DNA from: Candidatus Bathyarchaeota archaeon
GTDB taxonomy: Archaea; Thermoproteota; Bathyarchaeia; Bathyarchaeales; Bathycorpusculaceae
Length of the DNA stretch: 64,000 bases
Reading direction: 5' to 3'
Assembly: GCA_963768425.1 (NCBI GenBank)
Contig: CAVYHV010000009.1
Span: 96,001 to 160,000 of the forward strand
Part shown: one piece after another, positions 29,702 to 39,449 of the stretch
Layout: each line of letters begins with the position of its first letter
Numbering within the stretch: position 1 is the first letter of the stretch
Program-made: the position numbers and the translations under genes
Notes under the pieces: generated by a model
Told to the model about the DNA's origin: nothing
The model's database searches: none
What the model saw: the letters and a program-made list of their open reading frames with translations, nothing else

Positions 29702-31981
29702 CTAAATTTCAAGGTTCTCCCTTGTTAGCATAAATTCAGTGTCAGTATATCTTTGGTTATACAGCTTTCGAATGCGCAGAATTTTTTCGGGTCCCTTCTC
29801 GGCGTCTTTTTCGGTTATCCTGATCTCTCCTTCGAATAGACCGGAAATTGCTTGCACTTCTTCCTGCGGATGCATCTGAGGGTTAATAACTGCCAATGTT
29901 GTGAAGCCTTTTGCCTTGAGTTCCGGAAGGAGCCCGCTCAGCCATTTTCTGGTCATTACGGCGTGGTGTTGCAGCAAAACGTCAGATATGATTTCAATGC
30001 AGGCCCTTTTTGGTCCGCTTTGCGAGTTGTCGAACATGCGGAATGATTTGATTAAGGCAATATCGATATCCGTGAGATTTTCTATCCCCTTCATCTTGAA
30101 AACATTGGGCAAATTCTTGACAATGATGTCAGCTCGGGGATTACAAATAAACAGGAAAAGAGAAGACGGAAATTTCTCGGCCAAAGCTGCTGTATTGCCC
30201 ACTTCTGTCGTAATGTAAAATGTTATTTGCCCATTAACCAAGCCTGCCTGGATGAACCTTTTAATCAATTCTTCTTTCTCGTCGCAGGATGGACTTGTCA
30301 ATATGATTGTGTAGGTTTCAGGTATTCCGCCCAATAGAAGGTTATCCAGACCGTTGAACCCCGTGGTGACGCGCCCAGGTAGCGCGGCTTCCAGAAAACT
30401 GAACGCGATCGGCTTAGGATTGTGGGTCATTTGATGCCCTGTTTCGTCGACGCAGATGATTTTTGGGCTGATCCTGACATTGCCTTTTATAAACGATTTA
30501 AAGGTTATTTTGATTTCGTCAGTCTTAAGAGGTTCTATTTTCCTTCCCTTCAGAGCGAGAGTAGTGCCCTCAACAGAGCATCCGTCGGGCTTGGCAACGA
30601 TTAGAAAACCAGCTTGGAGAAGGTTTTCAATTTTGGTCAGCAGGACTGGTTCTTTCCCCACGTTCACTATTTGAATTTCGAGGTTTACGTCCTCTCCTGC
30701 TTTAGTTTCATTTTCTTTCTGGATGAGTTTAGCTTGAATTTCTGCGTGTTCGAATCTTTCTAATCCCACTGCTTTTTCTTCGTTCGGCTCTATCGAAGAG
30801 AAGCTTGCCGTCGAAGATGTTATAGCTGGTGCATGGAAAAGTTCGCCGAGGGATAATGCCAATTCTTTGTCGTCTCTGACTTTCCTTAAAAGACGCTGAA
30901 CTTGCTCGTTTTTCTCGGTGTGCCCTGCTTTTGCAAAACATTCGGCTGAAATTTGCAGCACTTTTTCAGCCATCAGATAAAACTTTGCCTCTTTTGAAGG
31001 ATCTTTTTCTCGTTTAGCGCTGTCCATGTAGACGTAAGCGTCGAAAAGGCGTTGCGTGCCTTTTGCGTAATCAGAAGCTGATTCGAAGCCAGCTCGAAGA
31101 TAGTAGCTTGCGGCAGAACCAATGTGTTTGGCGGTTTCCTCGTACATGCTCGCATTTCTCGTGATTTCAAATTCTATTCCAGTTTCCAATGCTTTACAGA
31201 AGCTACTGTGTCCCAACGCAAGCAGACCTGCTGATTCCTTAGTAGCATGTTCATTTGCAAGAGTAAAGAGATCTGCAGCCTCTTCATAGATTATTGGGGA
31301 GTTTTTGGCTTCTGCTAATGTCATTTTTTGCCATGCTTGGCAGAGGTAAACGAGTGGTCTAACTTCTTTTCCCGTTTGCTCTGGGTCAACTTGTAATATT
31401 TTTTTGAAGATTTCAGCTGCAGATCCATATTTTTGGGAACTGCCACCGTGGTCACCTTGTCTGTCGAGAATTTTCGCTTCTTCTAAAGAGATTCTTCCAT
31501 TGCTGTATTCAACCCTGATTTTTGAAGCCTCAACTAGTGCTTTGACAAGTTTTTGTTCGTCCGTCTTGTCGATTCTGCCGAGTTCAACCAGAAGAACACG
31601 TTCCGAGTCTTGCAAAAATCTGATAGCTTTCTCGAAGGTTGCTACTGACTCTTTGCAGCTTTCTTTTCTGCTTAAGTCTTCTGCTTGTTCAAGAAGTGAC
31701 CATGCATAAAAGTTTGAAGATAAGTAGTTCCAGAATTTTGATTGTTTCAAAACGCTCGACGCTTTTTCGTAATGGTTCATAGCATCAATGTATCTTTCGC
31801 CATTGTGTTCAAGTTTTGCCGTTTCAATCTCGCTCCATGCCTTCATGTAGGATGCATAGTCGAGGAAGAAGTCGCTGAACTGACTGATTTTCTGAGCGGC
31901 TGCTTTGTATCCAGCGAACCCTTTTTCAAAATTTTCCGCAGCTTTATTATACTCGCCGAGAAGGTCGAGGTTGCTCGTCAA
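29702..31981 (-). CDS. TPR/SNAP-like repeats + Ig-like domain + degenerate KaiC-like ATPase domain
   Basis: Helical repeats, NVGKEP Ig-like module, then VTTGFNGLDNLLLGGIP with Walker A replaced by TSPSCDEKE. Confidence 0.8.
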   Translation of the reverse strand: MTSNLDLLGEYNKAAENFEKGFAGYKAAAQKISQFSDFFLDYASYMKAWSEIETAKLEHNGERYIDAMNHYEKASSVLKQSKFWNYLSSNFYAWSLLEQAEDLSRKESCKESVATFEKAIRFLQDSERVLLVELGRIDKTDEQKLVKALVEASKIRVEYSNGRISLEEAKILDRQGDHGGSSQKYGSAAEIFKKILQVDPEQTGKEVRPLVYLCQAWQKMTLAEAKNSPIIYEEAADLFTLANEHATKESAGLLALGHSSFCKALETGIEFEITRNASMYEETAKHIGSAASYYLRAGFESASDYAKGTQRLFDAYVYMDSAKREKDPSKEAKFYLMAEKVLQISAECFAKAGHTEKNEQVQRLLRKVRDDKELALSLGELFHAPAITSSTASFSSIEPNEEKAVGLERFEHAEIQAKLIQKENETKAGEDVNLEIQIVNVGKEPVLLTKIENLLQAGFLIVAKPDGCSVEGTTLALKGRKIEPLKTDEIKITFKSFIKGNVRISPKIICVDETGHQMTHNPKPIAFSFLEAALPGRVTTGFNGLDNLLLGGIPETYTIILTSPSCDEKEELIKRFIQAGLVNGQITFYITTEVGNTAALAEKFPSSLFLFICNPRADIIVKNLPNVFKMKGIENLTDIDIALIKSFRMFDNSQSGPKRACIEIISDVLLQHHAVMTRKWLSGLLPELKAKGFTTLAVINPQMHPQEEVQAISGLFEGEIRITEKDAEKGPEKILRIRKLYNQRYTDTEFMLTRENLEI

Positions 31982-32122
31982 ACCAAAGATCAGCCTAACT
32001 TAGAAAATTAGCTTCAATTTCAAGTGGCAAAACGAGTGCGCTAACAAAAGACAAGCACATTTTCTTCCATCGAAGAGAAAGAGCCCAAAAGTGTTTTAAG
32101 CAAACAAACATAAAAGGTCTTA

Positions 32123-32518
32123 TTGGGAGATCAAAAGACGATAGTAACTTACTCCAAACCTTATGGAATTGTTAGAGGCATGCTTAAAAAATGGAAGAAG
32201 ATCGGCGTAGTTTCTTGTAATTCTTGTGCGAGGGCATGTGAAACTGGAGGGAAGGAGAAAATGGATGAACTTGCGGCGAGGCTAAAACAGGATGGCTTTG
32301 AAGTGGTTGATACGGAACTGCTTCCGATGGCATGCAATATTGATGCGGCGAAAAGAACTGACTACAAGGGCGATATGCTGGTGGTTTTGGCTTGTGATTC
32401 AGGTGTGTGCACTCTTCAGTCGTTATTTCCATCCAAAATTGTTGTTCCTGCATTAGACACGATCGGCATAGGGGCAAGGGATGCTCAGGGCAACATATTC
32501 GTGATGAGGAAATTCTAA
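32123..32518 (+). CDS. MetV-like (MTHFR small-subunit-related) Cys-rich protein, short form
   Basis: IGVVSCNSCARACETGG, MAC, LACDSGV, VPALDT pattern. Confidence 0.6.
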   Translation: MGDQKTIVTYSKPYGIVRGMLKKWKKIGVVSCNSCARACETGGKEKMDELAARLKQDGFEVVDTELLPMACNIDAAKRTDYKGDMLVVLACDSGVCTLQSLFPSKIVVPALDTIGIGARDAQGNIFVMRKF

Positions 32519-32557
32519 ACCAAAACCAACATGTAAAAAATAGCTAAGCATGTTCTT

Positions 32558-33118
32558 CTAGCGCTTTAACCGGTGATAAGCGGTGAATATTTTGTTTCTA
32601 ATGAACCCAAGGATGGTGGGTGTGAAAATGGAGAGCGAAGCCAAAAGATAGTTAAGTGGAAAAACCGACGGGTACTCGAACAGGTTGCCGCCCCATGACC
32701 CCGCAACGTCGAGTATGCCGCCTGTAAGCTGAATCAGCGACCAAATTGTCACAGCGAGTAGGGCGCCGCTTAGTCGAGCAAGATATTTTTCTCGTTCCAC
32801 AAGGGCTTTGGATTTGAGGTTTGAATAAAAGATTTCGCCAGCAACAGCGCCAGCGCCTCCTGGGAAAAACGCGTTAACCAAAATCTTTTCAACAAGGTTT
32901 GCAGGGACATACATGCCTACCCAAGGAGTCGCAGCCCAACTCAACACTGGTAAAATGACGTTTCCTGTCGCGATGCGAATGGCGGCTGGAACAGAGTAGA
33001 TGGCTGCACCGCAGAGTCCCCAAACCCAAAACCTTCTGCTTCTAAGCATGTTTTTGAAGGCTTCGAAATACATAGCCTTAACATACCTGAGACATTTAGA
33101 AAAACCTTCCCAAAACAA
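32558..33118 (-). CDS. Hypothetical membrane protein
   Basis: Several hydrophobic segments; start uncertain. Confidence 0.65.
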   Translation of the reverse strand: MFWEGFSKCLRYVKAMYFEAFKNMLRSRRFWVWGLCGAAIYSVPAAIRIATGNVILPVLSWAATPWVGMYVPANLVEKILVNAFFPGGAGAVAGEIFYSNLKSKALVEREKYLARLSGALLAVTIWSLIQLTGGILDVAGSWGGNLFEYPSVFPLNYLLASLSIFTPTILGFIRNKIFTAYHRLKR

Positions 33119-33222
33119 CCAAACCTTTTCTCAACTGCGGGCTTTTCCTCTTTCTGGAGCTTGCCTCTAAAGGTTACTTTTCGAGTTAATGGCATACGAA
33201 TTATTCCTTCAATTCTATTGAA

Positions 33223-33316
33223 GTCAAATTTGGTCAAATAAAGTCAAAACAGGTCAAATAAAGTCAAATAAAGTATCAACCTGCAGATGATTCAAACCCT
33301 ATTCCAACAAAACAAC
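33223..33316. repeat. 10-bp-phased GTCAAA array plus conserved TCAACCTGCAG block, copy 2
   Basis: GTCAAA at 33223, 33233, 33243, 33253, 33263, then GTATCAACCTGCAG at 33273. Confidence 0.85.
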
Positions 33317-33465
33317 CCATTTCACAAAGAAAAAAATGTGAACTTGACAATTATTCTTTATTGTTTATTGCCTAATCCTTCAATGATCAGCCAGGAAAAG
33401 TTAGTGGGGAGAAGAACCAAGTGTGCCCACAAACAAAAAAGACCTAAACTGGTCAAATTGTCTCG

Positions 33466-34413
33466 TTACGGCCTGTAACCGCGCAGAACACAGAGTGCCA
33501 AGGCGGCAGCCGTCAAGTCTGCGGTGGTTCCAGGGTTGCATTTGTTCTGATTAGAGCGAAGTCTACGGTCGAAGCTTCTTAGCCTGGTTTTGCCCCGTGC
33601 CGTTTCTAGTCCGCCGAGATCCAGAACTGCTTTTGCACCGACCGAAACTTCTAACGCTTTTTCTTTCCCCATCTTACGCGCGATGAAAGTATCGGGGTGC
33701 ATGGATAGAATTTTTAGGAAAGTGTGAACGACAGCTGTGTTCAAAGGCTTATTTTTCAGCTGCTCCGACAAATACGGGTAAGCTAAATCAAAAGCGACCG
33801 AGTAGTTGTTGACCCATTCAGCGCAGATGTCGTCGTATGTCGACGCCAAACGGAAAACCTCAAACAGACTAACATTCTCCTTTAGCAGGCGCTCCTTTGA
33901 CTGCGGGTCCGTTACGTCAAGCTCAGGCGCCTTGTTCAAACCACTTGGATTGGCAATGTCCACCGCCTCGTAGAGGTGCACTGAATCCCAAGCCGTCGTT
34001 GCCTTAACTGTCCGGTCGATGTTTCTGCGCAAAATAGAAAAATCAAGCTGCAAATCTTCTCCTGTTGGAGTCATTCCCGCCGCAACAGCAATCGGCATAA
34101 ACAGCATTATAGTGCCGAGAATCGTGTTGCCGCCCCTCTGCCAATCGTTGACGTCTTTTGCGCAGGATTTTATGAGCTGTCCCAATTCAACTTTGTCGAT
34201 GTCCAGTCTGCCTTCTGCTACCTGTGTCCCTCGGTAGGCAGCTTCTTGTAAGCTCGGTCCTGCAGCGATGGCTGAAGCTAAAAAGTGCTGACAGGTAGTT
34301 CCCTCAAAGCTCGCCGCCAAGTTGATATTACCTGGTTTTTCTGCGCTGACTTCAAGCAGAATCGCCAATTGCAGGCTTTTTGATACATTTTGAACTTTAA
34401 CACTGTTATTCAA
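33466..34413 (-). CDS. citG: Archaeal CitG-family triphosphoribosyl-dephospho-CoA synthase-like protein
   Basis: LEVSAEKPGN, NTILG, PDTFIARK, NPGTTADL. Confidence 0.88.
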   Translation of the reverse strand: MNNSVKVQNVSKSLQLAILLEVSAEKPGNINLAASFEGTTCQHFLASAIAAGPSLQEAAYRGTQVAEGRLDIDKVELGQLIKSCAKDVNDWQRGGNTILGTIMLFMPIAVAAGMTPTGEDLQLDFSILRRNIDRTVKATTAWDSVHLYEAVDIANPSGLNKAPELDVTDPQSKERLLKENVSLFEVFRLASTYDDICAEWVNNYSVAFDLAYPYLSEQLKNKPLNTAVVHTFLKILSMHPDTFIARKMGKEKALEVSVGAKAVLDLGGLETARGKTRLRSFDRRLRSNQNKCNPGTTADLTAAALALCVLRGYRP

Positions 34414-34488
34414 GGGAATGCATCAACGATATTGGCGCAAAGAAGGTTTATTAAACTTATTAGAAAACTACAAGCTGTGGTTTGTTTG

Positions 34489-35505
34489 ATGGCACGTGAA
34501 GGCGATCTGATCAAAGCAAAAAGTGGCGTGGTTTTTGACGTTAAAGGCTTGGTTCACCCCATTGACAAAATAGTTGCTTTTCCGCGTTTCATCCCTTCTC
34601 CGCAAGGCACTCGGCAGGGCAAAGAAGGGACATATGGCAAAGTCTACAGCCTTGGCGACCGATTTAAGTACCTCCAGGAAAATCACCCAAACCTAATTGT
34701 CTTCGATCCAGTGTTTGGCGAGACGATGTGCGAAGTCCCAGTTGACCAAGTAGCTCAACATTATAAGCCTGAGGAAAAACTCTGGGCATTACGAACCTCC
34801 AAAGACCTTACCGTGTTGGAGAGTAAGGCACTGCAGCTGGCGGAAACCCTCAAGAAAGAAGCAGGAATTCCATGGAGCAACATCGGTATTTCGGGCTCAA
34901 TAATGGCTGGGTTAACAACCGAGAAGTCAGATATTGACCCTCTCGTTTATGGCGAAGAGAACTGTAGAAAAGCATACGCTGCTCTTAAGACACTTCTTGG
35001 GCTTGGGCAATTGGGTTTCAAGCCTTACAACATGGAGGAGTTGCAGGAGCTTTTCGATTTCCGTTCGAAGGATTCTCAGATGAGCTTCGAAGACTTCGTG
35101 TTGGTCGAAAGCCGCAAAGCATTCCAAGGCAAATTCATGGGCACCGACTACTTCATCCGCTTCGTGAAAGACTGGCGCGAAGCCACCGAGCAATACGGAG
35201 ACGTGTGCTACAAAAACAGCGGCTACACAAAAATAACCGCCAAAATAGCCAGCAATATTGACTCTCTTTTCACGCCCTGCACCTATAAGCTACAAGACAC
35301 GCAAATTGTTGAAGGACCCAAATTGGCACCAATAGTTGAGATTGTTTCTTTTCGCGGCAGATTCTGTGAACAAGCAGAAAACGGCGAGTTGGTTGAGGCT
35401 CAGGGAAAAGTTGAGTTGGTCACAGACAATAAAACGGGGAGCGAACACTACCGTTTAATCCTTGGAAACAAGCCGTCAGACTACATGGTTCTTTCTCGAG
35501 CTTAG
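34489..35505 (+). CDS. Pol-beta-superfamily nucleotidyltransferase (COG1665-like), paralog 1
   Basis: REGD, VKG..HP, GISGS...SDIDPLVYG, C-terminal VEAQGKVE. Confidence 0.8.
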   Translation: MAREGDLIKAKSGVVFDVKGLVHPIDKIVAFPRFIPSPQGTRQGKEGTYGKVYSLGDRFKYLQENHPNLIVFDPVFGETMCEVPVDQVAQHYKPEEKLWALRTSKDLTVLESKALQLAETLKKEAGIPWSNIGISGSIMAGLTTEKSDIDPLVYGEENCRKAYAALKTLLGLGQLGFKPYNMEELQELFDFRSKDSQMSFEDFVLVESRKAFQGKFMGTDYFIRFVKDWREATEQYGDVCYKNSGYTKITAKIASNIDSLFTPCTYKLQDTQIVEGPKLAPIVEIVSFRGRFCEQAENGELVEAQGKVELVTDNKTGSEHYRLILGNKPSDYMVLSRA

Positions 35506-36578
35506 TGCTGCACTTTGAGGACTTGTTCGTAGTAACGTGGGCAATAAGTCAAAGTGACCTGGTGGAACTGTTCAGTTGGCGACATAACTTCTTCAAGATT
35601 CCCTTCGACTATGACTTTTTCATCTTTTTTTGCCTGCTGGCGGAACTCCTCCATGAAAGAGAAAATTCTCTGCACCTCATAGGCTTCTTTTGGACCGCTG
35701 ATAACTTCTAGAGGTTCAATGCCATAGATCGATGGAATAAACGGCGCCTCGTCGTCGGCTGTTACGAGCGCTTTAAGTTTAACCCAGCCACGCCGTGTTA
35801 TGCACGTTCGCGGGTCGTATTCTGATTTGATTTCGCTCCACGCCTTCACAGGTTCAAACTCAGCCTTAATTGTTCGCCCACTTGCTTTGTCATCGTATAA
35901 CCCATAAATCTGCTTTCTACGTTGATGCCAAACGAAATCTGGTACTGCAAAGTTTTTGAAACGCCAATCTTTCCCATCCATAGCATGATCAGATTCGAAC
36001 TCGTTATGAAAACCTGACTGTGGATCATCGTACATGGCTTCAAGGGTTTTTCGCATGATGGCGTTCTCTTTTTTGCCGTAAACAATCAAGTCTATATCTG
36101 AGTAATTGGGATGATGAAACCCGTGCAGCATGGAGCCAAAGACACCGAAATTCTCTGTTTTTAACCCTGAATTGCTGAGCGATATCATGAGCACCCGCTC
36201 CATCGCTGCCAGCAACTCATCAGTCGGCTCCGTCTCAAGCAACTGCTGTAGTCGCTCCTCAGGTTTTCTTGCTTCCACAATGGCGCCATCCTTCACTCCG
36301 ACAAGATTCAGCCCCAGCATCTCATGGAAAACCTGGTACTGCGGATACTTTTTCATGACAAGTTTCATGCCTTCGTCATTGTAGAATTTAAAGTACAGCT
36401 GCCCTTTGCCTGTCCGCGGCGCTCTGGGGTCTTTGGACTCAAAAATCTTTGATGAAGCGTACTCGGCATCGCAGATGTAGGCGCCTGGCGGATGCGAGTA
36501 GCCGAAGACACGAAAGATCAAGCCCTCGGCGGTTTCTATGGCGTCGCGATCCCGCAGTCCTAGGCTATCACTGGCCAA
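35502..36578 (-). CDS. Pol-beta-superfamily nucleotidyltransferase (COG1665-like), paralog 2
   Basis: RDRD, VFGYSHP, GVFGS...[15 protein letters not shown]. Confidence 0.8.
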   Translation of the reverse strand: MASDSLGLRDRDAIETAEGLIFRVFGYSHPPGAYICDAEYASSKIFESKDPRAPRTGKGQLYFKFYNDEGMKLVMKKYPQYQVFHEMLGLNLVGVKDGAIVEARKPEERLQQLLETEPTDELLAAMERVLMISLSNSGLKTENFGVFGSMLHGFHHPNYSDIDLIVYGKKENAIMRKTLEAMYDDPQSGFHNEFESDHAMDGKDWRFKNFAVPDFVWHQRRKQIYGLYDDKASGRTIKAEFEPVKAWSEIKSEYDPRTCITRRGWVKLKALVTADDEAPFIPSIYGIEPLEVISGPKEAYEVQRIFSFMEEFRQQAKKDEKVIVEGNLEEVMSPTEQFHQVTLTYCPRYYEQVLKVQH

Positions 36579-37591
36579 ATGAATTCTTCCTCTGACGTAG
36601 CGGTTCCGACAACAACTTGATAATAAACCTCGCTTGAAGATGTGGATTCGACCCGCTCAAGCTTGCCAGATACCCTGATAGTGCTGCCGCACTTTGCAAC
36701 GTTTCGATATAGTCCAATGTTCGAAACAACCTGCGAAGGTACCTTGTCTAATTCAAGTTCAGACTGGTCATCTAGGGGTTTGTAGCTTGAAATCCTATAA
36801 GCTGCGGGGCGATACATTGTTTCGGTGTCGTCGCTGACGACCGCTTCAAATCTCACTGGATCAAGCGGGACAAAGCGGTAAGCGCCATACTTTTCCTTGA
36901 TTTGTTCTGGTTTTTTTGTGGCATTGTACATGAAGATTTTTCCCTGGTACCTCCCTTGGAACTTTCTCGCGGCTTCAATGCGGTTGCCTACAATGTAGGT
37001 GAGTTTCCCAACGTTAACAAGCCTTGCAATTGCTTCCTCTACCATGCGGAAGTTTTCGGTTCCGTAGACGACGAAGTCAATGTCAGATTCGGGCGCGTGC
37101 ATCTGCAGGGCTATTGAACCGTGGATGCCCAGGTCGCAGAGGTTAACGCCGGATTCTTTGGAGACTAATTTTATGAGGTCAAGTGCCATTTGTTGCAGTT
37201 TATCCCGTTGCGGCAGGTTGGTAAGCCATACTAATCGGTCTTTGGGAACAAACACTCGCTCGATGCGATCCAACGGCGCTGTGATTAGTTCTTTGTTGCG
37301 AAAGGGGCAGAAGTAGATGTAGTCCGGAAAGTTTTTGCGAAAAGCCTCAATGAAAGTCTGGTAGTTCTTGGCCGTGTATAGTTTTTCTGCTCTGAACAGC
37401 TGATTACCGCTGAACTTCCAAGTGCGCTCCAGCATTTGCACATTGAAGAGTTCTTTTAACTGGGCTGGAATGTACTTTAAAAAAGCAAATACGCGGTCTT
37501 CCGGATGTTCATAGCCGAAAGTGTTAAGGATGAAGCCGTCTTTGGTCACAAAAGTGTCTCCATCCATAGGAACCCAAATATCTTCAGACAT
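36560..37591 (-). CDS. Pol-beta-superfamily nucleotidyltransferase (COG1665-like), paralog 3
   Basis: DGD, FGYEHP, GIHGS...[15 protein letters not shown]. Confidence 0.8.
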   Translation of the reverse strand: MSEDIWVPMDGDTFVTKDGFILNTFGYEHPEDRVFAFLKYIPAQLKELFNVQMLERTWKFSGNQLFRAEKLYTAKNYQTFIEAFRKNFPDYIYFCPFRNKELITAPLDRIERVFVPKDRLVWLTNLPQRDKLQQMALDLIKLVSKESGVNLCDLGIHGSIALQMHAPESDIDFVVYGTENFRMVEEAIARLVNVGKLTYIVGNRIEAARKFQGRYQGKIFMYNATKKPEQIKEKYGAYRFVPLDPVRFEAVVSDDTETMYRPAAYRISSYKPLDDQSELELDKVPSQVVSNIGLYRNVAKCGSTIRVSGKLERVESTSSSEVYYQVVVGTATSEEEFIWPVIA

Positions 37592-38109
37592 ATGGCACTC
37601 AGCGAAAATAGATTAAGAGCGATAATTAAAAGGCTATTGGGCGAGAGACTGACCGGTGCCAAATCCTGACAAATGGCTACTTCATCCACCATAAGACTAT
37701 CATAAGTCAAATGTATTCTAGACTTTTTGTTTTGTTTTTCTAGATATATTGCGGTTTTGTAAGTTCCCTTATATTATTTTTCGGTAATGACTTGCCCTAT
37801 TTAAGATAATTGAGCAAGGACGAAAAGGAGAAGGCTTCAATGTTCCCATCAAGCAGGCTATGGTTCTTGAACTTGGCTTTGAACTTGTTTTATGGTTTAA
37901 TTATGGGCAAATTTTTTAAGCGTCAAGCAACAAGAAATAAGATTCAACACTCAAGGAGATGAATTAGAGACAAATAACGTCCAGTCAAAGTACATACTTT
38001 TCTTATCCGCTTCCATCAGGAAGGGATTGATAGCTTGTGCTTTGACAGTTATTTTGCATTTGAGGAACCTTAACTTTTTCGCTTAACTTTATGTTTTTGC
38101 AGAGTGTTC

Positions 38110-38400
38110 TTGTTGGGTAAAAATCGTGATTAACTAAGCATAATAGCAGCTATTCTGGAGACTGCAACTTCGGGTGCAAACAAGACCCGGATTATGTTTG
38201 GGGCAAATTTGAGTTTCAAGCTTTTAGAAAAGTATTTAGAAGTTGTCGGAACACTGTTTTTGTTCAAGTTGATGAATCGGTTTATATACTGACTGATGTT
38301 GGCCGCGATTTTCTTAGGGAATATGGCGATTTTCGTTAGCGTTATGTCAAGGTGCAGAAGCCAAACGATGCATTCTGTTCGGAATATGAGAACATAGCTT
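38110..38400 (+). pseudogene. Decayed winged-helix transcription regulator (HTH_45-like)
   Basis: KNRD*LSIIAAILETATSGANKTRIMFGANLSFKLLEKYL, then shifted YILTDVGRDFL with a second in-frame stop; 3' end approximate. Confidence 0.75.
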
Positions 38401-38555
38401 GTTTTTTTGAAAAATAACTTAACTAAAATGCTTGATATATTCAATGTTTCGAAATATTGCCTTAAATATAAGTAGAACTTTTTGTCTTGTTGCTTTTGAG
38501 CTATTTCATTTGAGAGGAGGTTGAACACTTGCAAAGACACTTGGAAGAAGCACGT

Positions 38556-39302
38556 ATGCCTTCGACGCAGATTATTATAGCTGCGTTGAACGAGGAGGAA
38601 GGCATAGGACCCACCATAGCTGAATTAATGGAAAACCTTGGGTGCCCACGTGTCTTGGTAGTTGATGGTCGGAGTACTGATCGAACTGTTGAAATAGCTA
38701 AGAATATGGGAGCTGAGGTCGTTTATCAAGATGGATTAGGTAAGGGTGATGCGTTAGCGAAAGCAGTTCAGTGTATGAATCTATCAGTTGATTATGTTGT
38801 CATCACAGATGCAGATTATACATATCCTGCTGAATATGTTACTGAGATGATTCGGATTTTAGAGGAGAACCCGCATGTAGGCATGGTTTGCGGAAACAGG
38901 TTTAATAATGCTCTTAACCTTGGAGAAAAGCATAACATCCTTTATTTTGGAAACCGTATAATTGCTTTTACTCACAATTTACTAAATGGAGTCCACTTAG
39001 TGGATCCGTTGACAGGGTTACGGGTGGTACGAGCGTCTATTTTCAGAAGTTGGACGGTGAAGTCTCGAGGTTTCGATGTAGAGGTGGAGCTTAACCATCA
39101 GATAGAGCGGGAAGGGTTTGCCATCGAGGAAATTCCAATTCGATATCGAGAAAGAATAGGCCAGAAGAAACTGGGCGTTAAGAATGGCGCCGAAATTTTG
39201 AAGCGCATGATACTAAGAAACAACGTATTAACCGGCTTTAGATGCTTTAATATGATTGCGCCCAATCAGGGAATCGTTCCACAACCGAGAAGCACTGATT
39301 AA
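38556..39302 (+). CDS. GT2 glycosyltransferase (dolichol-phosphate mannose synthase-like)
   Basis: ALNEE, VDGRSTD, GKG, TDAD, GFDVEVE, YRERIG. Confidence 0.9.
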   Translation: MPSTQIIIAALNEEEGIGPTIAELMENLGCPRVLVVDGRSTDRTVEIAKNMGAEVVYQDGLGKGDALAKAVQCMNLSVDYVVITDADYTYPAEYVTEMIRILEENPHVGMVCGNRFNNALNLGEKHNILYFGNRIIAFTHNLLNGVHLVDPLTGLRVVRASIFRSWTVKSRGFDVEVELNHQIEREGFAIEEIPIRYRERIGQKKLGVKNGAEILKRMILRNNVLTGFRCFNMIAPNQGIVPQPRSTD

Positions 39303-39449
39303 ATTACCTCCCAAAATCCAATCGTTAAGTTTTAAATGCCAATACCAATTTAAATATGGTAACCCTGATTATTTCGTGAAAAAGAGAAATTAACTATCGT
39401 TTTAATCCAAATGCATAGACATTGCCTCAATCAGAAAACAGGAGATAAA

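Noticed and set aside
34489-37591. CBASS/CD-NTase or MNT-HEPN toxin-antitoxin defence system
   Set aside because: No effector, HEPN or Cap genes are adjacent, and domain layout fits COG1665-like proteins
38130-38540. 136-aa minus-strand ORF
   Set aside because: Shadow of the plus-strand wHTH pseudogene and AT-rich promoter DNA
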